A model generated the notes under the pieces. That model ran no database searches, was not told the DNA's origin, and saw nothing but the letters and a program-made list of their open reading frames with translations. This document shows, piece after piece, positions 63,192 through 64,000 of a stretch of 64,000 nucleotides of DNA (positions are counted from its first letter, which is position 1; each line of letters opens with the position of its first letter). Source of the DNA: Azolla caroliniana (taxonomy: Eukaryota > Plantae > Polypodiophyta); the NCBI GenBank assembly GCA_043228905.1, contig JBHGNT010000018.1:9734001-9798000 (forward strand). Reading direction: 5' to 3'. The position numbers and the translations under genes were made by a program.

Positions 63192-63672
63192 TGTCAAAGT
63201 TAATATGTGGAAGCTTAGATAAACGGGCTCCACCGGATAACAACAGTAAAACAGAGATGAAGGTTTAATGGTAGCGTAAGAATACACAGTACACAAGAGA
63301 GACAAAGAGAGTTGAATAGCATAAAACTAAATTCAAAATAATAACAACACTCTGTACATAGGATGTGCTCAGCGAGCACTTTTTATACAAGTCCACAAGG
63401 GATTGACAAAAGTATTATGTACTTCAATGCTCATATGAGCGGCGGACACTAACTACGAGGACCATGACTACCTAGTCGTCTAGAAGAGTAGGCCTCTAAA
63501 CGGCCTATTGGTTCACACTTGATTTTGGCTCTCTGATCGGGCTCCTAGTTCCGGATACCAATCTGGTCCATCCGTCCCGGATTCCAGATACTTATTTGGA
63601 CACCGATCTGGATACGATTCGGCTCAGGCTTGTTCAGTCGATCCGGATCCGGTTCAGCTTGTTCGCTCAACA
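63192..63672 (-). repeat. 5' LTR of B'
   Basis: Minus strand TGTTGAG...TTTGACA, followed by a TGGTAT PBS remnant. Confidence 0.88.
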
Positions 63673-64000
63673 TGCATTTTAGGAGTTTAGTTCTTTTGAA
63701 AATTTTGGCGTTCAAGTTATAACTTTCATTAATTTTTGTTCTTCTTCTCCAACCCTCTTCTACTTCGAGATTTGAGAATATGTGGTTGTCATCATCACGA
63801 AGCTCATCGTGCATTGACACTTCGAGAAGGGGACCAACTAGCTAGCACACTAGTTGTTGAAGGGAGCACCAAATGACTCGAAAAAACTACACCCTCTTTA
63901 AGATGTCATTGTCGTCGATTGTGGTTGCGGTCTTGGCGGTTTACTTGACTCACCCTCACATTTTGGAAGGGGTTTGCGATAAAGGTTCTTCTTTTCCATC

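Larger units (their letters stand above)
44745..63672 (-). mobile_element. Copia B' (same family as B), older, inverted; carries G', A' and a solo LTR
   Basis: LTRs 44745-45203 and 63192-63672 (visibly diverged); degenerate PBS at 63181-63191; gag, PR, INT, RT and RH fragments on the minus strand colinear with B; flanks GGCTT/TGCAT match only 3/5. Confidence 0.88.

Noticed and set aside
44745-63672. Inverted segmental duplication of the left TE block
   Set aside because: Guest insertion sites, TSDs, relative orientations and LTR sequences all differ

Overview
Eukaryotic land-plant nuclear DNA (probably a non-seed plant such as a fern; this is inferred from the TE types and gene structure). 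About 70% is nested LTR retrotransposons, in two blocks flanking a low-TE gene island. Left block (1-24039): a Copia host (B) carries a near-intact Copia (A, TSD TCTAC) in its integrase and a Gypsy (G, 4-bp TSD ACGT) in its RT. B itself lies in the 5' LTR of an RT-less Copia (C), which lies in another LTR beside a decayed Gypsy (D). Gene island: a single-CDS-exon AT-hook/MNM1-like gene (26882-28117) and a 7-exon gene for a likely thylakoid-lumen (Tat) protein (32488-41983) whose 6.5-kb first intron holds a composite LTR element. Right block (44745-63672): a second, inverted host of the B family (B') with the same architecture acquired independently (A-like Copia in integrase, G-like Gypsy at the RT/RNase H junction), plus a solo LTR. 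Most notable: the repeated host/guest nesting; a capsid (Gag) swap between Copia elements sharing a near-identical pol; a tRNA-Trp-primed, 4-bp-TSD Gypsy family with a GGAUUUU -1 frameshift after the protease; a double-PPT/hairpin architecture in the B family; and strong CCGG enrichment. No prokaryotic system, CRISPR array or RNA gene is evident. All alignments and counts were done by eye.
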